The position numbers and the translations under genes were made by a program. This document shows, piece after piece, positions 8,818-17,356 of a DNA stretch of 64,000 bases (position 1 is its first letter; every line of letters begins with the position of its first letter). The DNA comes from Candidatus Parvarchaeum sp. (lineage in GTDB: Archaea; Nanobdellota; Nanobdellia; Parvarchaeales; Parvarchaeaceae), in assembly GCA_049965555.1 (NCBI GenBank), contig JBMFWF010000002.1, positions 21,857 through 85,856 on the forward strand, given 5' to 3'. The notes beneath the pieces were generated by a model, which was given only the letters and a program-made list of their open reading frames with translations, searched no databases and was not told the DNA's origin.

Positions 8818-9726
8818 TTACAAAAACTTTATTTTTCCGACAACTCTGTTTCTACCGACCGATAAACTTGGATCGGCAATAAGGTAAGTCCCTTTTATTT
8901 CAGGTATCTTTCTATTAAAATGTGCATTTACTCTGCTGCCATCTCTTAAAAGATTGAGGCTTAGAGGTTCACCTAAAAAAGAACATGAAAGCTGTTTAGA
9001 GAATGGGTCTTCTTTGTAAAATGGAGAAAGAGTTAACTCTACTTCCAAAGTATCGTTCACTTTATTTATTGACGACAAAGCATAATTGTTTGAAAGGTCC
9101 TGCTCTGAAACATTATTTAACGCAAGGCCTACATGAGAACCAGTTTCTGCAAAATCATTATCAACGTCCATTATCTGTATGCTTTTTACGCTACACTGCT
9201 TTAATGAAGGCAAAAGAAATAGCTTTTCCCCTTTCCTAATCTGTTGCCCAATAACAAAACCTATTATAACAGACCCTATGCCCTTGACTATAAAATGCTT
9301 GTCTATTGAAACGTACTTGAAGTATTTCTCTTTCTGTTTTGTTTTTTCTACAGATATTTGACTTATATCAGATTTGTTGAACTTCCCCACTTTGTATTTC
9401 TCAAAAAACTTGTCAAAAGAATTAATATCAGAGTAATCATCCTTAAGTACCAGCCCATCTTCTATCCCTGAATTTTCAATACAAAGCGCAAGCTCTGCAT
9501 CTAATGCATTTATTTCGCTCCCGACAAAAAAATAAACGTAATCTGAAACCGAAAGTATATAAAGAACAGAAAGCAGCGACTTCGGAAAATCGACTGAATA
9601 AAGGATTAAATTATCGTTCTTGTCTAATGCTATCTGTACACCGTTTATAAGGTCAAGTTTCTTTGATATTATACCCTTCATCTTCTCTTCTTCAATTGGC
9701 TTTGAAGACATCAATCCAATTATCAT
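8818..9726 (-). CDS. EF-Tu/aIF2gamma-like protein with degenerate G domain (pseudo-GTPase translation-factor paralogue)
   Basis: C-terminal KGIGSVIIGFVIGQQIRKGEKLFLLPS...ETGSHVGLAL is an EF-Tu domain II beta-barrel, followed by a domain III-like region. N-terminal ~140 aa lacks GxxxxGK[ST] (GLMSSKP), and DFPK replaces DxPG. Confidence 0.5.
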   Translation of the reverse strand: MIIGLMSSKPIEEEKMKGIISKKLDLINGVQIALDKNDNLILYSVDFPKSLLSVLYILSVSDYVYFFVGSEINALDAELALCIENSGIEDGLVLKDDYSDINSFDKFFEKYKVGKFNKSDISQISVEKTKQKEKYFKYVSIDKHFIVKGIGSVIIGFVIGQQIRKGEKLFLLPSLKQCSVKSIQIMDVDNDFAETGSHVGLALNNVSEQDLSNNYALSSINKVNDTLEVELTLSPFYKEDPFSKQLSCSFLGEPLSLNLLRDGSRVNAHFNRKIPEIKGTYLIADPSLSVGRNRVVGKIKFL

Positions 9727-9772
9727 CAGTAGCTTAATTCATTCTATCTTTAAAAATTATACTTTCGCCTGC

Positions 9773-10525
9773 CTATTCTGGCTTCTTAGCGATTATTACC
9801 ATTCTAGATTTGTTAAAGTAGCCGCTCTCCGGATCATATTCAAAAACCTCCTTAAAATAATCAATATTGTCATTTAGTATCTTCTTTGCTTTTCTGCCTT
9901 CTATGCTGTTTTCACTTACCGGCGACAGCCAAGACTGAAAAGTTTCCTTTGTCTCAAAAGTCTTAAAATTATCGACTTCAAAGGCATTTTCTTTCAATAA
10001 CTTAAACCAATAATCCAGAGATTCAGAACTTATATAACTTGTATCCCTTGCCTTCTCAAATTTATTGAAGATGTCTTTTTTATCTCCTGTCGGCTTAAGT
10101 AAGTCAGTTATGCCGAATTTCCCTCCTTTTTTAAGAACTCTCCACACTTCTTCTATGAATTTTCTCTTTTCTTTTATATGATGTGCAACTCTTCTGCAGG
10201 TTACTGCATCAAAAACATTGTCTGGAAACGGCATTGACAAGGCATCTCCTCTTACAAAAATAACATTATTATAATCCTCATTTTCGGCCTTTCTAACGGC
10301 TATTTCAAGCATGTGTTCATTGATATCTAAACCTAGAGAGATGGCTACCTTCCCAGAGATTTCAAAAGCAACAAAACCTGGGCCGGTACCTACATCCAAA
10401 ACTTTATAACTTTTCTTTAAATCTAGCATTGAAATAAGTAAATCCAAATCCTTTCCATGCATGTGGCTCTCGCTACTGGCATATTCCTTTGCATGCCTAC
10501 TAAAAAATCCTTGTAGAGACTGCAT
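9773..10525 (-). CDS. class I SAM-dependent methyltransferase (UbiE/COQ5-like)
   Basis: Motif I VLDVGTGPGFVAFE. Confidence 0.8.
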   Translation of the reverse strand: MQSLQGFFSRHAKEYASSESHMHGKDLDLLISMLDLKKSYKVLDVGTGPGFVAFEISGKVAISLGLDINEHMLEIAVRKAENEDYNNVIFVRGDALSMPFPDNVFDAVTCRRVAHHIKEKRKFIEEVWRVLKKGGKFGITDLLKPTGDKKDIFNKFEKARDTSYISSESLDYWFKLLKENAFEVDNFKTFETKETFQSWLSPVSENSIEGRKAKKILNDNIDYFKEVFEYDPESGYFNKSRMVIIAKKPE

Positions 10526-10581
10526 AATATTGAATAAAAGCCAAAGGATTAATAGTTTTGTAAAATAGAATTATTCAAAAA

Positions 10582-10655
10582 TGGGCTCGACGGGATTTGA
10601 ACCCGCAACAATCCGGTTAAGAGCCGGATGCTCTACCGAGTTAAGCTACGAGCCC
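10582..10655 (-). tRNA. tRNA-Lys (anticodon CTT)
   Basis: Manual fold: acceptor GGGCTCG/CGAGCCC, D stem GCTT/GAGC, anticodon stem TCCGG/CCGGA with loop CTCTTAA, T arm GCGGG-TTCAAAT-CCCGT. CCA not encoded. Confidence 0.85.
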
Positions 10656-10704
10656 ACTGACAAATCATTTAATTGTGCAAACAATAAAAATGTTTATTTT
10701 GTGC

Positions 10705-11289
10705 TTAATGGCCAATATACTTCAAGATAGAATGGTCTACTAGGTAAAAATCAACGTTTTCCGGTTTCAAATTTTGTATTATATAGCGTATATTTTCCTC
10801 TTTATCTTCAAATAAAACTAAGTGATCGTATCTTTTACTTAGTTTTTCCGTCTCCAATTTTTTCCATTCTTCATCGCGTAATTCGTGATTCTCCGGCAGT
10901 ATTACCTGCTTATAAGTTAAGCCGTATTTATTTAATAGTTCTTCAGTCTCTTTCCTAAACTCTTCTCCGCGAGCGCTCATAATTATGAGTTCGTTTCCTT
11001 CTTTGATATTCTCTTTTAAATAATCGATAAGCGGTTGATTAGGCAAAAGCCTGCTGCTGTACGTAGTGTAGGCAAGAGTATACAAATTGTCTTTCCATTT
11101 TCTGTTGAAGTCTTTAGGGATCTTGCCTTCTCCTATTATAATCTCAAGATTATTCAAAATTCCGCAGTAATTCTCTGCTTTTTCCTTAAATGCGGTATCA
11201 TACAAATCTTTTGCCGCTGATATAATCGCATCTTTATTGAAAAAAAGAGTATCATCGAAATCGGAGACTAGTACTGATAACTTTCCCAT
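10705..11289 (-). CDS. HAD-superfamily phosphatase
   Basis: N-terminal DxDxT motif (VSDFDDTLF) and HAD-like topology. Confidence 0.55.
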   Translation of the reverse strand: MGKLSVLVSDFDDTLFFNKDAIISAAKDLYDTAFKEKAENYCGILNNLEIIIGEGKIPKDFNRKWKDNLYTLAYTTYSSRLLPNQPLIDYLKENIKEGNELIIMSARGEEFRKETEELLNKYGLTYKQVILPENHELRDEEWKKLETEKLSKRYDHLVLFEDKEENIRYIIQNLKPENVDFYLVDHSILKYIGH

Positions 11290-11343
11290 TTTATTTTAAG
11301 AAACAGAGAATTTAAATAAATGACATTACTTAAAAGTTTGTAA

Positions 11344-11419
11344 GGGCCTATGGTCTAGTGGTTATGACGTCTGCCTTACACGCAGAAGGCCGGGAGTTCG
11401 AACCTCCCTGGGCCCACCA
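11344..11419 (+). tRNA. tRNA-Val (anticodon TAC), CCA encoded
   Basis: Manual fold: acceptor GGGCCTA/TGGGCCC, anticodon stem TCTGC/GCAGA with loop CTTACAC, T arm GGGAG-TTCGAAC-CTCCC, followed by CCA. Confidence 0.85.
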
Positions 11420-11424
11420 TTAAC

Positions 11425-11700
11425 ATGGCAGAGAAGATAAGATGCGCGCATATATTGGTAGAAAAACAGTCTGTTGCATACAGCATACTTGAAAAAATAA
11501 ACAAGGGAGAAAGCTTTTCGAAGCTAGCAGAGCAGTTTTCCATTGACAGCTCTAGAAGAAGAGGCGGAGATTTAGGGTATTTTGGCAGAGGTGTTATGGT
11601 AAAGGAATTTGAAAAAGCCGCGTTTTCTCTGAATAAAGGAGAAGTTTCTCAGCCTATAAAAACGCAGTTCGGTTATCACATAATTAAGAGATTAGATTAA
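11425..11700 (+). CDS. parvulin-type peptidyl-prolyl isomerase (PpiC)
   Basis: CAHILV...GGDLGYFGRGVMVKEFEKAAF...GYHIIK are parvulin signatures. Confidence 0.8.
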   Translation: MAEKIRCAHILVEKQSVAYSILEKINKGESFSKLAEQFSIDSSRRRGGDLGYFGRGVMVKEFEKAAFSLNKGEVSQPIKTQFGYHIIKRLD

Positions 11701-12161
11701 TCGGAATAAAACTTGTTTCCAAGCAAAGTAGACAGCATCCTTTTGTATTCCTCTAAAAGGGCTAAATCAATGTAATCTGTTATAAAATCCAGATTATCCT
11801 TGCTAGTTTCAATTTCTATTTTTATTATGTTTAAGTTATCAGAAAAAAGCTTGAATTTTTCAATATCTGAGTATTTTATTACATAAAATGATAGTCTATT
11901 CAAGTAATCATAATCGATATTTTTCTGATAATTTTTATCCATCTTTTCTTTAAAATTAGACAATGATGCGGAAGGCGTGCTTGCGTCTATGACTGCGCCA
12001 CTTGCCGGCCACATCCCTATTGGAGATTCTGAAAGGATATTATCAACTTTTGAATCATTCACAAGGAATATTTCAGATGAACTAAAAAACATATAGATTA
12101 GCTCCCTGCCTTTAGATGAAAAGGAAAGATTTGGTATAACCCCTTGTATGAAAGATGCCAT
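11697..12161 (-). CDS. hypothetical protein
   Basis: ORF with coding-like composition. No recognisable motif. Confidence 0.4.
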   Translation of the reverse strand: MASFIQGVIPNLSFSSKGRELIYMFFSSSEIFLVNDSKVDNILSESPIGMWPASGAVIDASTPSASLSNFKEKMDKNYQKNIDYDYLNRLSFYVIKYSDIEKFKLFSDNLNIIKIEIETSKDNLDFITDYIDLALLEEYKRMLSTLLGNKFYSD

Positions 12162-12298
12162 TCATATATTAATCGACTATCGGTAATAAGTTTACGCCTG
12201 CGTAATAAAACGTTTCATATCTTTTCTTTTTAACACTTTTGTTTCTATAAATTTTATATGATACAAATATTAATAATGTATAAATTACTAAATTAAAC

Positions 12299-12601
12299 AT
12301 GATAAACGTAGGAATGTACTACAATGTAAAGAAAGGACATGAAAAAGAATTTGAAGACACTTTCCAGAAAGTAGTTGACTATCTAAAAAACAATGTAAAG
12401 GGATTTGAAAAGGCAAGTATATACAAGAAAGTAGGTAATGAAGATAGCACAACTGAGTATATGATATACAGCGAGTGGAAAGACGCAGATTCATTCAGAG
12501 AGTTCACAACAGCAAAGGCATTCCATGAAACAACAGAATATGGAAAAACCATAATAGAAGGAAGGCCGTATCACAAGATATTCACTGAATTAAAGGAATA
12601 G
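12299..12601 (+). CDS. ABM-domain (antibiotic-biosynthesis-monooxygenase/IsdG-like) small alpha/beta-barrel protein
   Basis: ~100 aa with the ABM-like pattern (YxxWKDADSFREF). Confidence 0.5.
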   Translation: MINVGMYYNVKKGHEKEFEDTFQKVVDYLKNNVKGFEKASIYKKVGNEDSTTEYMIYSEWKDADSFREFTTAKAFHETTEYGKTIIEGRPYHKIFTELKE

Positions 12602-12603
12602 AA

Positions 12604-13227
12604 TTAAAATGATTCTACTTTTCTTCCTACAAATACAGGACTCTCAACGATTATCCACTTTCTAGCTTCTGCTTTCCTCAGATTTCTTGCTATCTTCATC
12701 CATTTTGTAAGTGATTCGACTTCATAAAGAACAAGAAATTCATTGTCGTCAATCGCAAATGAGTAAGTTGTATATGACCTTATGTTTTCATTGTTTGGAT
12801 CATTTATAGCCATGTTTACATGCTCTTTCGTTATCCTATTCTGTTCTTTTTCCCCCAGAAGGTACCATTTCGGATCTTTTTTAACAGGGTATGCTACTAG
12901 ATACTTTAGCCTGTTATCTTCCTTCAGATAATTGGCATTTGGATGTTCATAGATTGAAAGATAACTGTATGTTTCATTCAGTTTATTGGCAAAACGCCCC
13001 ATCAATTCAGATTTAAATGAAAGCAGAGTGTCAAATGAATCCGCTATATTGAAAAGTATCAAATCGGCACTATGCTTTATAGAAAGATACTGCCTAGATA
13101 TAAAGATCCCTTTTCCAGATATTTTTGAGGCAAGTTCATTTATACTTTTTACTAACTCTTTTTTGTTTATCTTGCCTTTACTGAAATCAAGCTTGAAGCA
13201 GTGCATCGAAACGAACAATTCTTCCAT
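12604..13227 (-). CDS. chlorite dismutase/HemQ-family (Cld-like heme-binding) protein
   Basis: YLVAYPVKKDPKWYLLGEKEQNRITKEHVNMAI matches the Cld/HemQ conserved core. Confidence 0.55.
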   Translation of the reverse strand: MEELFVSMHCFKLDFSKGKINKKELVKSINELASKISGKGIFISRQYLSIKHSADLILFNIADSFDTLLSFKSELMGRFANKLNETYSYLSIYEHPNANYLKEDNRLKYLVAYPVKKDPKWYLLGEKEQNRITKEHVNMAINDPNNENIRSYTTYSFAIDDNEFLVLYEVESLTKWMKIARNLRKAEARKWIIVESPVFVGRKVESF

Positions 13228-13228
13228 C

Positions 13229-13759
13229 TTACGGTTTTAAACCTTCGATCTTTTTGCAATTGCTGTAAAAAAGCAAAGCAAGCATTGTTTTTGTGTCCTT
13301 AATTTTACCAGCATACACTTTTTTAATTGCGTCATTAAACTTTATTTTTACAGGTGTTATAACTTCGTTTTCATCCAAATTCCTTTCCTTTTTGATAAGA
13401 TCATAAGCGACATAATAGTATTCGAAATAATCCATCAATGCAGGGTTATTCCAAGTTTTAAAAAGGAACTTGATTTTATTAGGATAATACCCTGTTTCTT
13501 CAGCAAGTTCCCTTCTTACAGCATTTTCTTTGCTTTCGCCTTTGTCTATTGAACCTGCAGGTATTTCAAGTATTGTTTTGTTCACTGCAAATCGAAACTG
13601 CTTTTCCATGATTATCGTATTTTTATCAAGAAAGGGCAGTATAACAACTGCATCATTTTTAATTATTCTGAAGTCTTTTAATCTTTTCCCACGTATCTTT
13701 GAGTAGCCCTCTTCGATTCTAAGTGTATTAAATGGAGAGTTATACACTATAATTCCCAT
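13229..13759 (-). CDS. NUDIX hydrolase (ADP-ribose pyrophosphatase-like)
   Basis: Nudix box GSIDKGESKENAVRRELAEETG. Confidence 0.85.
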   Translation of the reverse strand: MGIIVYNSPFNTLRIEEGYSKIRGKRLKDFRIIKNDAVVILPFLDKNTIIMEKQFRFAVNKTILEIPAGSIDKGESKENAVRRELAEETGYYPNKIKFLFKTWNNPALMDYFEYYYVAYDLIKKERNLDENEVITPVKIKFNDAIKKVYAGKIKDTKTMLALLFYSNCKKIEGLKP

Positions 13760-13777
13760 GTATAAACTAAAAAATTC

Positions 13778-14245
13778 TTATATTATAATCTTTAAAACCG
13801 GAATGTAGGTTCCATTTACAATTTCGCTGTAACTTGACATGAAACTTTTCATCATGTGATTAAATTCCGTCTCTGCAAAATAAAATGACCGCAAGGAACT
13901 TTCTATTTTTATAGCATTCATAAAATCCTCCGCCATCCCATGATATAATCTATCCACATAATCAATCGAATTGAAATATGCTTTTTCTATGGCAATTTGA
14001 TCATGGTATTTATACTCTATTTTTATATTTGAAAGCATTTTACTGTTTTTTCTTAAGCTTAATAATCTTTCCGCAACCTTTGTAACTATTTCATAATTTT
14101 CTATACAAACACCAAGGTTTGATTCTAATACTTCTTTCTCTTTAAAAGAATCTTCATTAATTAGTTCTTCAAGTCTTTTTCTAGAAAATGAAACAAAATA
14201 ATCATAGAAACTATATAATCCCGAAGAGCTTTCTTCATTCTTCAT
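13778..14245 (-). CDS. hypothetical protein
   Basis: ORF only. Confidence 0.35.
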   Translation of the reverse strand: MKNEESSSGLYSFYDYFVSFSRKRLEELINEDSFKEKEVLESNLGVCIENYEIVTKVAERLLSLRKNSKMLSNIKIEYKYHDQIAIEKAYFNSIDYVDRLYHGMAEDFMNAIKIESSLRSFYFAETEFNHMMKSFMSSYSEIVNGTYIPVLKIII

Positions 14246-14295
14246 ATCTTAATAATCCATTAAGTATATAAAAATAATAACCTCTTAATAGAATT

Positions 14296-14589
14296 ATGAC
14301 AAAAGATGGCTGCGATATGCGGGGTATGCTTTCCTTTCAAATACTTAATATGCTTAAGAAAAATAGACTGTGCGGAGAAGAAATAGCTAGGAAAATCGAA
14401 AAATATAGGGGTAAAAAACCTGTAGCAAGTACCATTTACCCTGCGCTTAAAAGGCTGTCAAATAGCGGCTTGATATGTGGAAAAAGAATGGGAAAAAGAA
14501 AAATTTATTCTATTACCAAAAAAGGTCTTTCTGAAGAGAAGAAAGCACTTAATTACTTTGAAAAGTTATATTCAGAAATCCAAAAATAG
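14296..14589 (+). CDS. PadR-family winged-helix transcriptional regulator
   Basis: CGEEIARKIEKYRG...STIYPALKRLSNSGLI matches the PadR pattern. Confidence 0.6.
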   Translation: MTKDGCDMRGMLSFQILNMLKKNRLCGEEIARKIEKYRGKKPVASTIYPALKRLSNSGLICGKRMGKRKIYSITKKGLSEEKKALNYFEKLYSEIQK

Positions 14590-14593
14590 GGGG

Positions 14594-14672
14594 ACGGGGG
14601 CTTTTAAACCCCCGTTTGTTTTTGAGGAAATTTTGATAAATATAATAAAGTAATAATGGCCCCAAAGGGGCC
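14594..14672. terminator. convergent terminator hairpins (ACGGGGG-loop-CCCCCGT + T-tract; GGCCCC-AAA-GGGGCC) between padR-like gene and ftsZ2
   Basis: Perfect GC-rich inverted repeats at 14594-14615 followed by TTGTTTTT, and at 14658-14672. Located between the stops of convergent genes. Confidence 0.4.
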
Positions 14673-14680
14673 AAAACTAA

Positions 14681-15781
14681 TTACTTTAGAATCTCTATGC
14701 CGAGTTCCTGGTTTATTGCACCAGTAGTCTTAGATAGAGTGTTTATCTCTTCAGGCCCCAATAAATAAGGAGAGCTTACTCCCGTTATTATTGTCATGAC
14801 CCTTAATTTTCCAGACAGAGACTCATCCACCTTTGCACCCCATATAACTACTGCATCTGGGTCTAAGGACTGAGTTGCCATCTCACCTATCTGATTCACT
14901 TCTGCAAGTGTTAAATCAGGTCCTCCTGAGATGTGTATTAAAGCTCCCTTTGCGCCTTTGTAGCTCACGTCCAAAAGCGGATTGTTAAGTGCTCTTCTAA
15001 CTACTTCGGTTACCCTTGAGTCAGAAGCGTCTGTTTCGCCGATTCCTATTACGGAAACGCCGCCTTTATTCATTATTGCCTTTATGTCTGCGAAGTCAAG
15101 GTGCACTAATGCACTTGCGTCTGATATGGTTTCAACTATTCCCTTTATCATTGTTGCAACCACTTCATTTGCTACATTAAATGCCTGGTCTATCGGCAAA
15201 TTTCCAGCCATGCTCACCAGTCTGTTATTATCTATTACAATAACAGTATCGGAACTGTTTCTCAATTCCTCTAATCCTGCTTCTGCGGATTCTACCCTCT
15301 TCCTTTCAGTCTTAAAAGGCATCGTTACAGTGCTTATTACGATTGAACCCATATCCTTTGCAAGCTTTGCAATTACAGGTGCTGCACCAGTACCTGTTCC
15401 GCCGCCAAGGCCTGCGCATACGAAAACTAAGTCTGCCCCTCTCAAAGCATCTTTAAGTTCCCTTGAAGATTCCTCTGCGGCCATTTTTCCCTTTTCAGGA
15501 AAACCGCCGGCTCCTAGTCCCTTAGTCAATTCCTTTCCAATAAGAATCTTTTTATCCCCATTTCTTGCATTTAACTGTATTTGATCTGTGTTAGCTAGAA
15601 TTACTTCCGCGCCCTTGACTCCTTTTTTAAAGAGCCAATTGCCCATGTTATTTCCGCCGCCGCCGACTCCTACTACTTTTATCAAAGCCTGATTGAATAA
15701 AGGTTCGTTCATACCTTCTTCTCTGCTGGCTTTCAATGCGCTTTCAACAAGCAAATCCATTACCATTTTCCCCTCCATCAC
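14681..15781 (-). CDS. ftsZ2: cell division GTPase FtsZ paralogue (FtsZ2-type)
   Basis: VGVGGGGNNMGN and GLGGGTGTGAAPVIA. Confidence 0.95.
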   Translation of the reverse strand: MMEGKMVMDLLVESALKASREEGMNEPLFNQALIKVVGVGGGGNNMGNWLFKKGVKGAEVILANTDQIQLNARNGDKKILIGKELTKGLGAGGFPEKGKMAAEESSRELKDALRGADLVFVCAGLGGGTGTGAAPVIAKLAKDMGSIVISTVTMPFKTERKRVESAEAGLEELRNSSDTVIVIDNNRLVSMAGNLPIDQAFNVANEVVATMIKGIVETISDASALVHLDFADIKAIMNKGGVSVIGIGETDASDSRVTEVVRRALNNPLLDVSYKGAKGALIHISGGPDLTLAEVNQIGEMATQSLDPDAVVIWGAKVDESLSGKLRVMTIITGVSSPYLLGPEEINTLSKTTGAINQELGIEILK

Positions 15782-15880
15782 ATTAGAAACAAAAGCGAAA
15801 GCTTTATATTCCCAATGCGTCTATATTTTATTAAGAAAAACAAGTAAGTGACCCCAAAACTTACAATGTTGCGATTAAAA

Positions 15881-15904
15881 TTTGAATGTTCCCCAACATT
15901 CAAA
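15881..15904. promoter_or_regulatory. perfect palindrome TTTGAATGTT-CCCC-AACATTCAAA (plus extra half-site ACAATGTT at 15864-15871) in the ftsZ2/gatD divergent intergenic region
   Basis: 10-bp arms, 4-bp spacer, within the 276-bp intergenic region. Candidate transcription-factor operator. Confidence 0.35.
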
Positions 15905-16057
15905 TTTCTATTTTATTTAAATAACTATAATAATTGTTATTCATTTAAAAAGTTTATTGTCATTTAGTATACACTTTCTTTTGTGACTATTAAAACTCTA
16001 GGCTGTGCAAAAATAAGAAATGAAAAGAGTTAAAACATTATAGCGGTAATTATTGTA

Positions 16058-17356
16058 ATGAATGCAAGGAAGATAGAACCAAAAAACCTGTCATTTGGAG
16101 ATTTAATTGAGCTAAAAGTAAGCGATCAAACATTTAACGGTGAATTCATAAGGGAAGAAGAAAACCTTATAATAATCAAACTAAAATCTGGATATGATAT
16201 AGCCCTGCCAAAAGAGACTATTGACAGTATATCTACTATAGAGAAAGCGAAAAGCAAAGAAAGCGAAGAAGAGAAAGAGAATAAAACGAAAGTTGAAAAT
16301 CCGGACATAACAATGATAACAACTGGCGGAACCATATCTTCAAAGATAGACTATAAAACAGGGGGTGTTTCGCCTTCTGTAGACAGCAACTATTATTTCC
16401 AGATATCACCCGGCCTAAAAAACCAGGGAAAAATAGCAGTAGTCAACTTAATGAGAAAGCTATCTGAGAACATGTTGCCTTTAGACTGGGTCAAAATCGC
16501 AAAGGAAGCTTATGCAAGCATAAGAAACGGCAGCAAAGGCATAATAGTCACAAGCGGTACAGATACCATGCATTTTGCTTCAGCCGCCCTCTCTTTTCTA
16601 TTGAACCCGCTTTCCGTTCCTGTAGTTTTTACAGGCTCTCAAAGGAGCACTGATAGAGGATCTACAGATGCATCCACTAACTTGCTTTTGTCGGCATTTA
16701 CAGCAAAAAACTTTCCTGGCGGCGAATCGGTAATTTGCATGCATGCAAATCTAAACGATGAGTATAATTATATATTAAGAGGAAACAAGGCTAGAAAAAT
16801 GCATACTGAAAGAAGAGATGCCTTTAGGCCAATAAACATTAAACCTCTTGGAAAAGTTTATACTGATGGAAAAATAGACGAACTTTCTTCCGAGATAATA
16901 CCTAAAAAAGAAGATACAAAGTTAAACGACAAAATCGATGACAAGGTAAAATTAATATACGGATACCCCTCCATGGGCGGGGGTGTAATAGATTATTATA
17001 TCGAAAACAAAGTACATGGAATCGTAATCGCCGCAACCGGTTTTGGCAACATACCATTAGAAGACAAAACAGTTGTAAGTGCATTAAAAAAAGCGGAAAA
17101 AGAGGAGATACCTATAGTTATTACATCCCAAACAATCTACGGTTCAACTAACAAGTTCGTATACAGTACTTTGCGTAAAATTTCTGGATTTAAGAATATA
17201 ATATATGTGGGGGATATGACAACCGAAACTGCATTCGTAAAACTCATGTTCGCACTTGGAAACAGCAAAAAAATCGATGGAGTAAAAGAGATTATGTCAA
17301 GTAACTTAGCTGGTGAAATGAAGGAAAGGAGAGAGATAGACGAGTTTTTGATATGA
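16058..17356 (+). CDS. gatD: Glu-tRNA(Gln) amidotransferase subunit D (asparaginase-like)
   Basis: TGGTISS asparaginase motif and a GatD-specific N-terminal domain. Confidence 0.9.
   Translation: MNARKIEPKNLSFGDLIELKVSDQTFNGEFIREEENLIIIKLKSGYDIALPKETIDSISTIEKAKSKESEEEKENKTKVENPDITMITTGGTISSKIDYKTGGVSPSVDSNYYFQISPGLKNQGKIAVVNLMRKLSENMLPLDWVKIAKEAYASIRNGSKGIIVTSGTDTMHFASAALSFLLNPLSVPVVFTGSQRSTDRGSTDASTNLLLSAFTAKNFPGGESVICMHANLNDEYNYILRGNKARKMHTERRDAFRPINIKPLGKVYTDGKIDELSSEIIPKKEDTKLNDKIDDKVKLIYGYPSMGGGVIDYYIENKVHGIVIAATGFGNIPLEDKTVVSALKKAEKEEIPIVITSQTIYGSTNKFVYSTLRKISGFKNIIYVGDMTTETAFVKLMFALGNSKKIDGVKEIMSSNLAGEMKERREIDEFLI

Noticed and set aside
10526-11343. Possible integrated element at tRNA-Lys/tRNA-Val
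   Set aside because: No integrase, repeat of the tRNA 3' end, or compositional shift. The intervening gene is a HAD phosphatase.
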